Sequence record: NZ_CP044414.1
Reading direction: 5' to 3' (one strand)
DNA: 44,285 bases
DNA from: a plasmid
Made by a program: the position numbers and the translations under genes. Below the pieces are notes generated by a model. It was not told the origin of the DNA. It saw only the letters and a list, made by a program, of their open reading frames with translations, and did no database searches. Positions 19,641 through 28,401 of this stretch are shown here, one piece after another. Position 1 is the stretch's first letter. Every line of letters starts with the position of its first letter.

Positions 19641-21212
19641 GTGTCTTTTAAAGATCTATATGCTGTTAATAGAATAAGAATGATATCGCTATTAGTTCTA
19701 GAATTCCTAACTTCTGGTTTGATAATTGGGGTCAGCTATATTAATACATATCAAATAACGGCTATTAAAGACCGCAAATGGCAACAATTTATTTTCTTGA
19801 TTACTCTATCTTTGATTTTGTTCATTATAAGCTATGCTGGTCTTAATGTTTGTCAGTATTGGATAGAAAAACAAATTCAACAATATAATCATCAAATAAG
19901 ATTTAAAATAGTAGATCATTATTTTTACGATAATAAACCGCATAATGCTGCCCAAGTTCAGAATCGGCTAACTAACGACCTGAACTTAATAAAGGATTCA
20001 AAACTTGCAGTATATACGGATATTCCATATTATTTAGCTCAAATTATCTTTGCATCAATTGGTTTGTTGCTGTTTCATTGGAGCCTATTAATTGTCGTTT
20101 TGATATTGGGAACACTCAGTTTTTATTTACCTAAACTTCTTCGTCCTGCCATGCAAGCAGCTGCTCTAAAGTTATCTCAAGCAAATAAGCAATATTTAGA
20201 TACAGCTGAAAAATGGTTAGATGGCCTATCGGAACTTAAAAAATTTTCAGTGGGTTCACAGTTGTCTAAGATTATGGATCATGCATCTGATACATTAGAA
20301 AGTGCAAATATAGCAAGAAGAGGTACTATGCAAGGCTTAGCTGTATTGAATAAGGCTACCTCAGCGTTGTTACAATTTGTTTTATTAGCCGTTACGGCCA
20401 TATTAGTTACAAACCATATTGTTGTATTTGGTGTAATAGTAACTGTTGAAAGCTTTAGCTCTTATATCAATGTATCAGTTAAGATGCTTGCAACTGAATT
20501 AGGACAGATTCACTCAGTAGATCGTTTAAGCAGGGAAGTTAATGCGGACACAGCTGTAATTGAGCATACGGGCGACTTACAATCTCCAGCTAGTTTAACT
20601 ACAAAAAACGTGTCAGTAAAATTTTCTAACGGGAAAATAATAAAATTTCCTAATTTAAATATAAAAACTGGTGAGAAAATTTTGTTGACTGGTGACTCAG
20701 GATCCGGAAAAACTACTTTATTTAAAGTACTTCTTGGTAAGATTAAACTTCATACCGGTATGATCAATTTTAAAAATAAATATGGTGACGATATTAACAT
20801 CGATAAGGCTAAGATAGGATATATCCCACAAGATCCGATTTTATTTCCTGATAGTATCGAAAATAATATTACAATGTTTAATTCAAAATTGAAAAATAAA
20901 GTGCTAGATTATGTTAAAAACGTTTCTTTTGAATCTGATATTAGAAAAATGTCGCTAGGTCTAAAGACAGAATTAAATTTGCAAAAATTAAATATTTCTG
21001 GAGGTCAACGACAAAAAATTGTGTTAGCTCGGGCTTGCATTCACGATGATGATTTTATTTTGATTGATGAGGGCACTAGTGCTATAGATAAAAAAGCAAC
21101 GCTTGAAATCTTAAAGAAGTTATTAGATGGCCCATACACTGTGATTTTTATAGCTCATAATTTTAATGAAGAAATGTACAGTCTCTTTGATAGAGAGATA
21201 CACTTAACTTAG
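19641..21212 (+). CDS. ABC exporter, fused permease and ATPase (half-transporter 2)
   Basis: GTG start after AGAGGTGAG. GDSGSGKTT, ISGGQRQK, ILIDE. Confidence 0.8.
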   Translation: MSFKDLYAVNRIRMISLLVLEFLTSGLIIGVSYINTYQITAIKDRKWQQFIFLITLSLILFIISYAGLNVCQYWIEKQIQQYNHQIRFKIVDHYFYDNKPHNAAQVQNRLTNDLNLIKDSKLAVYTDIPYYLAQIIFASIGLLLFHWSLLIVVLILGTLSFYLPKLLRPAMQAAALKLSQANKQYLDTAEKWLDGLSELKKFSVGSQLSKIMDHASDTLESANIARRGTMQGLAVLNKATSALLQFVLLAVTAILVTNHIVVFGVIVTVESFSSYINVSVKMLATELGQIHSVDRLSREVNADTAVIEHTGDLQSPASLTTKNVSVKFSNGKIIKFPNLNIKTGEKILLTGDSGSGKTTLFKVLLGKIKLHTGMINFKNKYGDDINIDKAKIGYIPQDPILFPDSIENNITMFNSKLKNKVLDYVKNVSFESDIRKMSLGLKTELNLQKLNISGGQRQKIVLARACIHDDDFILIDEGTSAIDKKATLEILKKLLDGPYTVIFIAHNFNEEMYSLFDREIHLT

Positions 21213-21282
21213 ATGCGTTTTTTGTAGTACTAAATCACTATAGTCTGAACACTATTTAGTGCTAAGACTACTAAATTAAAAT
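21208..21282. repeat. right copy of the cassette-bracketing direct repeat
   Basis: cttagatgcgttttttgtagtactaaatcactatagtctgaacactatttagtgctaagactactaaattaaaa. It lacks the 15-bp left hairpin arm present in the left copy. Confidence 0.7.
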
Positions 21283-21374
21283 AAAATTTCAAAAAAAGTC
21301 TATGCAACTTAAAAATTACATTCTATACTATTACCTACATCAAGAAAGACATAAATAATTTAAGAAAAGTAACT

Positions 21375-21425
21375 AAGCAATGATGAATCGATCGAGAAAA
21401 AATGTCGAGAAAAGCATCATTGCTT
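21375..21425 (+). terminator. orphan hairpin with T-run in a 470-bp non-coding stretch
   Basis: aagcaatgatg...catcattgctt followed by tttttg. Confidence 0.35.
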
Positions 21426-21766
21426 TTTTGATGCTTTTGCCCGTCATTTTAGTATTTTTACACATCTATGTTCAAAAAATTAAAAAGGAGAATTTGATAA
21501 ATGAAGATTTTATCCGCAAGAACAAGTACCGCTATATAATGATCCGGTTCTGACTAATAGCTGGTATAGGCTAAAGAATAATGGGGCTTCACTGATTCAT
21601 TTTGCACATTATTCAAATGAATCAATTACTAATAGTCTTAATCTTACCAAGATTTATAAGGCTAGTGTCTATAACAAAAATATTAAATAGGTTGTAGTTA
21701 AAAATGGAATTATCATAAGTTTAGCAAAGCTAATTACATCTTTAATGAGGTGAATATTAGAAAAAT

Positions 21767-22561
21767 ATGTTTAACGCTAGAACTAAAAGTATAGTAATTA
21801 ATGGCTATAGTATGGATTATATTAGCTTCGGCAAAGGTAATAAATGGTTAATACTCATTCCTGGACTATCCATCAACCGAATTCGCGGCCACGCTTTACA
21901 AATGTCTTTCATGTATCGTCAATTTGCTCGAAAGTATAAAGTATTAATGTTTGATCGACGTGATCACTTAACTCCTAGCTATTCAATCGGTCAAATGGCT
22001 GATGAATTGTATTCTGCCTTGCGAAAACTAGGTATCTACAAAATTGATGTGGTTGGCGTTTCTGAAGGTGGTATGATCGCCCAAAAATTGGCAATTAATC
22101 AACCTGATATAGTTCATAAACTGGTCTTGGCGGTCACCATTTCAGAACCCAATAATACAAGTAATACAACCATTAAGCAGTGGATTAGTTTAGCTAAAAA
22201 TAATCAGCTGAAGGAGTTAGTATGGGATTCATTTCAACGATCTTATTCTACTCACTATATCCATAAACATCATCACCTGCTTAAACTACTTGCAACTATT
22301 ACTAAAGTTAAAGAAGTCGATAGATTTATCATTTTAGCCCAGGCAATCTTGAATTTTAATGTTGCAGCTCAACTGACCAAAATTAAGTGCCCAGTCTTTG
22401 TAATTGGTGCACAACAGGACCAGGTTCTTTCAGTAGAGGGAACTAAAACTATAGCTAAAATTTTACATGCTCCACTATACATATATCCACACTATGGCCA
22501 CGCGGTTTATATTGAGGCGAAGGACTTTAATCAAAGAATATACAATTTTTTAATGAGCTGA
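21767..22561 (+). CDS. alpha/beta-fold hydrolase
   Basis: GVSEGG nucleophile elbow. 264 aa. Confidence 0.7.
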   Translation: MFNARTKSIVINGYSMDYISFGKGNKWLILIPGLSINRIRGHALQMSFMYRQFARKYKVLMFDRRDHLTPSYSIGQMADELYSALRKLGIYKIDVVGVSEGGMIAQKLAINQPDIVHKLVLAVTISEPNNTSNTTIKQWISLAKNNQLKELVWDSFQRSYSTHYIHKHHHLLKLLATITKVKEVDRFIILAQAILNFNVAAQLTKIKCPVFVIGAQQDQVLSVEGTKTIAKILHAPLYIYPHYGHAVYIEAKDFNQRIYNFLMS

Positions 22562-22688
22562 CGTAAGTCAAATTTAGCATCACTGATTCACTTGGCATAT
22601 TACATAGATAAACCCTGGCAAGTAATCAAGTAATAGATAAACAAAACCTATTTTTGATATACTTAAATTAAAAGTCGAGGTGGCCTTT

Positions 22689-23118
22689 ATGTTTTTATTA
22701 AAGCTACATGATTTAATTAAACATAATTATGAAAATGGCTTGTATTCCAAAGATTACAGCTATAAAGCTAAAGATTACAGTTATAAGTCTGATGATTTTA
22801 ATAGCCTATCAGATTTTGATAAAGGAAAGTTTCAAGCCCAGACTGATTATCAAAAGCGGAGTCCTTGGAAATATATTATTCAGCGTTTAATTGAAGATAA
22901 AACCATTCCAGATTATTTTTATCCGCATGCTTTAGAAGGCCTAAAGGACTTAAAGAAACAAATTAAGCGTCAATTAAATGATGCCAATATGACGATAATC
23001 ATTCTAGAATTACATTTTGATGGTCATAATGGCGATCATTTATTGGTGTATGTACCAACTGATAAAACTGTCTGTCTTCTTAGCTGGCATTGGTACGCAT
23101 AGTGAACTATTTGGATAA
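22689..23118 (+). pseudogene. YafQ/RelE-family toxin with internal 21-bp tandem duplication and a C-terminal frameshift
   Basis: KYIIQRLIEDKTIPDYFYPHALEG...[20 protein letters not shown], then [12 protein letters not shown] in the +1 frame. KDYSYKA/KDYSYKS duplication. Confidence 0.5.
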
Positions 23119-23129
23119 CTTAAAAAGGG

Positions 23130-23765
23130 ACGCTCAAATAGATTAATCGGTAACCGGCGGCTCGCGTGTGGATGAATATTAGCCGTCAAAATACGCTGAA
23201 CTGAGTTTGTCGAAATACCGGTGAGACTGGCGATAGTCTTAGCCGGGAGTGATTTACTGGCTAGCTTCAGCACATGAGTCGCTAGTCCGTGACCGATGGC
23301 GTGGTTGGTTGATACCACTGGAGTGGTGGCCGTACAAGTGCTATGGCAGTTACTACAACGCCAGCGTTGCTTGTTTAGCTCTAGAATTACGGGCCGGTCC
23401 ATGGATCCTACAATGTGGACATGAGTGAGCTTGTGTCCGTTAGGGTGCAACGTATTGTATCCACAGCTGGGACAGCGCCTGAGTGTGTAGGTAAGCTCTG
23501 CCTGGATGACCAAATACTTTTTGCGACCCGAGCCCCGACCATGAAATTCCTCACGAGTACCGAACACCCGAATGTTTGTGTCTGTAACTCCCAGTAATTT
23601 AAGTGTATTATCTAGTTGAGACATCTATTCCTACCCCCGCTTATCTTGAGTTTCGTCGCTTAAAGCATAGCACTAGGGAGGCTTAGATGCCTTTTTTTGT
23701 TATCAAAAAGGGCCTAGTACTTTTGGAATGGAAATACTTTCCAACACCAAAAATTCTAGACCCCT
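23130..23765 (-). mobile_element. ISL3-family IS fragment (transposase N-terminal zinc-finger/HTH region plus terminal inverted repeat)
   Basis: [15 protein letters not shown]...CPSCG...RWRCSNC N-terminus. Candidate IR GGGGTCTAGAATTTTTGGTG (complement) at about 23745..23765. No DDE domain. Confidence 0.55.
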
Positions 23766-23831
23766 AAATTTGCGATCTACCACGTATGTTTAAATCAAAT
23801 TTATTTTAAATATACCTTGTACAGTGAAGTT

Positions 23832-23891
23832 TACTGATTGTGTGATTTATGATAAAAGATTAATCTTTTATCATAAATCACACAATCAGTA
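23832..23891. repeat. perfect 60-bp palindrome downstream of the ParA-ParG-like operon
   Basis: tactgattgtgtgatttatgataaaagattaatcttttatcataaatcacacaatcagta. Confidence 0.8.
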
Positions 23892-23912
23892 ATACATAAG
23901 TTAAGCTCAATC

Positions 23913-24128
23913 TTATCTACGTTTAGCAAGGCCTTCACGAATAATTTTTTCTAAGACATCAACAATTTTTTCGTCATTCTCAAAAGCGATGCGTTTAACT
24001 TCTTTATATGTGCTCATGCGAAGTTGAACGGTTTTAGTTCTTTCTGTTTCGAATTGGTATGGACTTTTTAGATTTTTAAGTTGTTCAGATGCCTTTTTAC
24101 TAACTTTGTTTAAAAAATCTTCTGCCAT
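23913..24128 (-). CDS. ribbon-helix-helix ParG/CopG-like small partition protein
   Basis: KTVQLRMSTYKEVKRIAFENDEKIVDVLEKII fits a strand-helix-helix pattern. Located downstream of parA. Confidence 0.5.
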   Translation of the reverse strand: MAEDFLNKVSKKASEQLKNLKSPYQFETERTKTVQLRMSTYKEVKRIAFENDEKIVDVLEKIIREGLAKRR

Positions 24129-24134
24129 GATAAA

Positions 24135-24920
24135 TTACTCCTCTAACTGTTGAATTCTAAGTAGTTGTTCATTAAGAACCATTTGGTACATTTGGATTGC
24201 TCTTTTATCCCAATGGTCTTTATTCCGTATTCCTTCATTAGCAAACGTTTTAACCCGTTCTTGAGTTCTAATTGAGTTTGAAAAGACCCCTTCGCCAAAA
24301 AAGTCTTTTGCTTGTGCAGAAATTTCAGTATCAACTTTTGCACGTGGCTTCATTAAGTACAATATGACACCAACTAACTGAAAACTTCCATTGTATTGTT
24401 CACGTAGTTCACCTAAATGCGTAGCTGTTTTTAAAGAACTTGTATATGACTGCTTTTGAGTTTGTAAGACAATTGAGATGAAATCTGAAGCCATGATTGC
24501 ATTATTAGTAAAGACATTTATTGTTGGTGGTACGTCAATAAAAATATAATCGTAATTTTGTTTTAATTTTGAAAGCATTTGTGGTAATAGAATATTACGT
24601 TTAACCCGACTAACTTTTTCTACAGCACCAATCCATAAAGATAATGTCCAATCTGTAGGAATCATATCAATTTGGTTTGTAACAGACACAATAGATTTAG
24701 ACAAATTCCCTCCAAGAAGGCCCTCATATAATGAAAGTTCCGGCTTTAAATCGGCTTTATAAGTCTCCTTCATAATTTCAGTTGCATTTCCCTGGGGATC
24801 GAAATCTATCAGTAGTACTTTTTTCCCCTCTTGACCCAATAAATAGGTTTCCATTACAGTCAAGGTGGTCTTACCAACGCCACCTTTAAAGTTGAAGTTT
24901 AATAGTGTTTTCCCATTCAT
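24135..24920 (-). CDS. parA: ParA/Soj-family partition ATPase (second system)
   Basis: NFNFKGGVGKTTLT deviant Walker A. Confidence 0.85.
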   Translation of the reverse strand: MNGKTLLNFNFKGGVGKTTLTVMETYLLGQEGKKVLLIDFDPQGNATEIMKETYKADLKPELSLYEGLLGGNLSKSIVSVTNQIDMIPTDWTLSLWIGAVEKVSRVKRNILLPQMLSKLKQNYDYIFIDVPPTINVFTNNAIMASDFISIVLQTQKQSYTSSLKTATHLGELREQYNGSFQLVGVILYLMKPRAKVDTEISAQAKDFFGEGVFSNSIRTQERVKTFANEGIRNKDHWDKRAIQMYQMVLNEQLLRIQQLEE

Positions 24921-24949
24921 AGTAGCACCTACCTTTACATAAACATTTT

Positions 24950-25006
24950 ACCATGATTTATGATTAATCACAAATTTTATATGACTTATGATTAATCATA
25001 AATCAT
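24950..25006. promoter_or_regulatory. two 16-bp palindromes TTATGATTAATCA(C/T)AA upstream of the second parA
   Basis: The half-sites are related to the arms of the 60-bp palindrome. Confidence 0.5.
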
Positions 25007-25062
25007 ATCCATAAAAATATTTACTTAACCTTTGCAGAATGATATGCTTTGTTCATAAACAA

Positions 25063-25095
25063 AAAATCCCAATCCACTCGGGATTGGGATTTTTG
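25063..25095. terminator. bidirectional hairpin terminator
   Basis: aaaaatcccaatcc...gggattgggattttt. Confidence 0.6.
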
Positions 25096-25317
25096 CAGTA
25101 TTGACAAGTAGCTATCTTGCAGCTACCTAGTCCAAGCAATTTTCACCGCCAAGTTAAAATTGCTTGAACAAATTGTAATCTTGTTTACGTGCTAATTATA
25201 CCGCAAGCAAACCTTAAAGGGCAAGCAAAGGTAAACTAATTAAAACGAAGATAAGACCAATGGACTAAGTAGCTTCTAATAACTACTTAGTCCATTTTTA
25301 GTTCTCAAAAATTAAAA

Positions 25318-25346
25318 AAGTTGCCGACTGGGCAACCCAGAATAGA
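25318..25346 (-). terminator. minus-strand terminator upstream of repA (candidate end of an antisense control RNA)
   Basis: gttgcccagtcggcaac followed by tttttt on the minus strand. A perfect 14-bp hairpin lies at 25258..25297. Confidence 0.35.
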
Positions 25347-25498
25347 CACATGCTGGTGAAACTACAAAGCCGATCACGACCAATGTTCACTTTGTAATTC
25401 TATTAAAGCATATCAGATTTGTATTTTAAAGCAAGTCAGATGTTTTAGCAACTCTCTTTTGAGACAGCATGTGTCAGTCAAGAAAGGGAGTTTTTATT

Positions 25499-26602
25499 AT
25501 GACAAAATCAACAAATTTTAATTACTATGAAGCCGATAACGTATATGGAGCCTTATTTTTCCAGTTTCCTAAGGTATTAATGTATGGCGAGCAATACAAG
25601 CATTTAAGCAGTGACGCTAAATTGGCTTATATGGTACTGAAAGATCGGCTCGAGTATTCTTTGCGCAACAATTGGGTTGATGAAAAAGGACACGTCTACT
25701 TTATTTTTACCGTTAAAGAACTACAAGACTTATTTAATTGCGCTACTGAAAAAGCCGTTAAAATCAAAAAAGAATTGCAAACAGCCAATCTATTAAAACA
25801 AATTCAAATGGGATTTAATCCTAAAACGAAAAAGAATGAACCAAATCGTCTATACCTTTCTAAACTCGATGTGAAAGCTACTGATGTCTATTTAAGGGGC
25901 GAATATGGGCAAAAAGAGCCTGAAACCCTTGCTACGAGCGGAATTTCGAAAATCGAAAGTCCGCATGACTTCGTTGAAACCCTTGCTACGAGCGGAATTT
26001 CGAAAATCGAAAGTCCGCATGACTTCGTTGACGACAATCCTCAAACCCTTGCTACGAGCGGAATTTCGAAAATCGAAAGCAATCTATATAAAGACTATAA
26101 AAATAATATAGATACTAATAGATACGATATAGATACTCAAAAGTTGGACTTTTCCACAGCCAATTTTTCACCAGCTGAAATTGAAGCCCAAAATCGGGAT
26201 TTAGTAAAACATGCTGATGAGTTCTTAACTGACGAAGATAATGGTTTGCCGGTCTTCTTAGAACCAGAAGCAGTGCAACTACTTAGCTTTTGGTGCCGTA
26301 CCCCACAACAAATGCGGCGCTTTATTGGCATTATCTTAAACGCCAAATATGCTGTTGAAAAAGAACATAAGGATTTAGGCGTATGGATTCTATTAGACGA
26401 TCCTGATTTAAAAAAAATGATGACCAAAACATTAAGACGCTATTTTAATGCCCTAAGAAGCGATGAGAAACATATCAAGAATGTTGAGAACTACCTGTAC
26501 GGCACCATGCAAAACCTATTTGATGTTTGGTGGAACCAACAAGCGGCTAGAGACTATGCGGCCAAAGACCAAAATATTGATAACGAGCATACTTGGGATT
26601 AA
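25499..26602 (+). CDS. repA: RepA_N-family theta-replication initiator
   Basis: YYEADNVYGALFFQFPKVLMYGEQYKHLSSDAKLAYMVLKDRLEYSLRNNWVDEKGHVYFIFTVKEL. RBS AAGAAAGGGAG. Confidence 0.8.
   Translation: MTKSTNFNYYEADNVYGALFFQFPKVLMYGEQYKHLSSDAKLAYMVLKDRLEYSLRNNWVDEKGHVYFIFTVKELQDLFNCATEKAVKIKKELQTANLLKQIQMGFNPKTKKNEPNRLYLSKLDVKATDVYLRGEYGQKEPETLATSGISKIESPHDFVETLATSGISKIESPHDFVDDNPQTLATSGISKIESNLYKDYKNNIDTNRYDIDTQKLDFSTANFSPAEIEAQNRDLVKHADEFLTDEDNGLPVFLEPEAVQLLSFWCRTPQQMRRFIGIILNAKYAVEKEHKDLGVWILLDDPDLKKMMTKTLRRYFNALRSDEKHIKNVENYLYGTMQNLFDVWWNQQAARDYAAKDQNIDNEHTWD
25922..26080 (+). repeat. 54-bp tandem repeats (2.7 copies) inside repA, candidate in-gene origin iterons
   Basis: gaaacccttgctacgagcggaatttcgaaaatcgaaagtccgcatgacttcgtt twice plus a partial copy, encoding ETLATSGISKIESPHDFV. 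Confidence 0.6.
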
Positions 26603-26855
26603 AACGCCACATAAGCTCATTTAAGCCGTTTTAAGTGCTACAGGCATGATTATATTAAAATCGCTTTAAAATCGCTTAGACAGAAGAATAGGGACTTTTA
26701 AATGAGTGCCAGAGCTAACCAGGCTAACCAACTCAAAAGTTCAGCCTTTAGATCAACGCCAAGCTCAGGTGATTTGAGGCCAGGGCTTTATCTATTGATA
26801 AGGTACTCAAAAGGTAGTATAATGGTAGTAATAAAAGAAAGGAGATGAGACAATC

Positions 26856-27137
26856 ATGGCAGTTAAGGAAAAGAAACGGGTCCAAGTCAAGATTGATAAA
26901 GATTTGGCCGATGATACCGAAGCCGTTTTAAGCGAATTGGGCTTAAATCCAACCACGGCCATTAACATGTTTTACAAGCGGATTGTTGCTAATGGTGCTT
27001 TACCTTTTAAGGCGTCTTTAAGCGAAGAAGAAAGAGCTAATTTACGCTTTTTAAAGGCGACCGAAGGGACACCAGTCACCGAGTTCAAAGACGCTAAAGA
27101 GGTCGCTGATTGGCTCAACGATCCAGATGAGGACTAA
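26856..27137 (+). CDS. RelB/DinJ-family antitoxin
   Basis: RVQVKIDKDLADDTEAVLSELGLNPTTAINMFYKRIVANGALPF. Confidence 0.7.
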   Translation: MAVKEKKRVQVKIDKDLADDTEAVLSELGLNPTTAINMFYKRIVANGALPFKASLSEEERANLRFLKATEGTPVTEFKDAKEVADWLNDPDED

Positions 27138-27633
27138 TGACTTAGTCAGCCTATACGTTAGTTTTGTAGAAACTAACGGTGGCAAGTCTCGACCAGTTTT
27201 AATTCGTCGGGTATCAGAACAGACGGTCGAGGCTTTTAAAATTACTAGTCAGTATGAAAAGAAGTCGGCTTATATCAAGCAACAATATTATCCGATTCAA
27301 GATTGGCAATCCGCTGGGTTGAAGAAACCTTCCTGGGTCGATCTTGGTAATATTTATTGCTTTCCCAAAGCCGGTTTAAACTTTAAAGAAATCGGTCATT
27401 TAAGTAAGCTAGATCAAAATAAAATTTCAGATTTTACGCTTGACCTAAAATCAAAAAGAAGAGGTAAGGGTCAAAAGATAATTCAACAGCGATCAAGTAA
27501 AAGGAAGTACAAAGAAAGTGAAGCAGAGCTTACACAAAGAATTCAAAAACAGTTAAAAGACTTTGCTAAACACAATCCAGAAATTAAGCCAAAAAACAAT
27601 CCTGAAAATAAAAACGATCGGCCTAGTTATTAG
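27127..27633 (+). CDS. MazF/PemK-like toxin with a long Lys-rich C-terminal extension
   Basis: DLVSLYVSFVETNGGKSRPVLI...AFKITSQ...SWVDLGNIY. Confidence 0.45.
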   Translation: MRTNDLVSLYVSFVETNGGKSRPVLIRRVSEQTVEAFKITSQYEKKSAYIKQQYYPIQDWQSAGLKKPSWVDLGNIYCFPKAGLNFKEIGHLSKLDQNKISDFTLDLKSKRRGKGQKIIQQRSSKRKYKESEAELTQRIQKQLKDFAKHNPEIKPKNNPENKNDRPSY

Positions 27634-27901
27634 GCTGATCGTTTTTGAATTTGTTCGGTTTATGGGCATTAACGTAATTAGCAAATATTTTTAAAAGTTC
27701 TTCGGTTTGTTCGACTGATAATTTATCAGCCTGAAAGTATTTTTCGAGTAAGGCTCCTTTTTGAATTAGTCGGCGAGAACGGGCTTTACGGGCTTGCCGA
27801 TTTTCATAGTATTTAGATTGCCGTAATTTAAAATCTTCTCGCTCAATTTTTTGTTTTAAACGCGCTTGCTGCTCGACTAGTTTTTCATATTGATTAGACA
27901 T
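27623..27901 (-). CDS. hypothetical coiled-coil protein (mobilization-region accessory)
   Basis: 92-aa charged helical ORF divergent from the relaxase. Confidence 0.4.
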   Translation of the reverse strand: MSNQYEKLVEQQARLKQKIEREDFKLRQSKYYENRQARKARSRRLIQKGALLEKYFQADKLSVEQTEELLKIFANYVNAHKPNKFKNDQPNN

Positions 27902-27923
27902 GGAATTTCCCCATCTCGTATGG

Positions 27924-28166
27924 CTAATGATCTACGGACTTTACCTTTAAAAATTCAGAAAATTGCTGGGCTAAAAGCTTAATCTGATCGTTAGACAAAT
28001 TAGCATAATCTAAATTGGCTTGACTGATGATTTGTTTACCTAACCGTTGTTCAATCTTATTTTTTTCGTCCTTAATTTTTTGATTAAGGGCTTTTAATTT
28101 AGCTTCTTGTTTTTCTAAGTTACTTTGAGACATAACGATCCCTCCAATCATATTAGAAATAATCAC
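27924..28166 (-). CDS. hypothetical coiled-coil protein
   Basis: 80-aa ORF. Start uncertain (perhaps MSQSNLEKQ). Confidence 0.35.
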   Translation of the reverse strand: MIISNMIGGIVMSQSNLEKQEAKLKALNQKIKDEKNKIEQRLGKQIISQANLDYANLSNDQIKLLAQQFSEFLKVKSVDH

Positions 28167-28269
28167 CGAAACTATATCATATAAGAAACGTTAAGTCAAA
28201 GTATAAAAGTTGAAAAAGCGAAGCGGAAGGCATACACTAAGTTGAAGTTAAGAGAATCAGCAGACCGAG

Positions 28270-28300
28270 TGAAACGAGGTCAATGCGCACTTATACATAG
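28270..28300 (-). promoter_or_regulatory. candidate oriT nic region
   Basis: The complement reads TAAGTGCGCATTG (28281..28293), resembling an RSF1010-type TAAGTGCGCCCT nic core. It lies about 110 bp upstream of the relaxase. Confidence 0.4.
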
Positions 28301-28401
28301 AATAAATTCTATGTTGTGCTAACCCAAAAATCCTGTATTAGAAGTCGCCGATGGCGACAACAAAGTCAAGCCCATAGAATCAAAGCAAAGAGGTGACTAA
28401 C

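Noticed and set aside
25905-26427. ORFs 25905..26111 (+) and 26137..26427 (-) inside repA
   Set aside because: They are alternative-frame or antisense artefacts of the iteron repeats within a well-supported repA frame.
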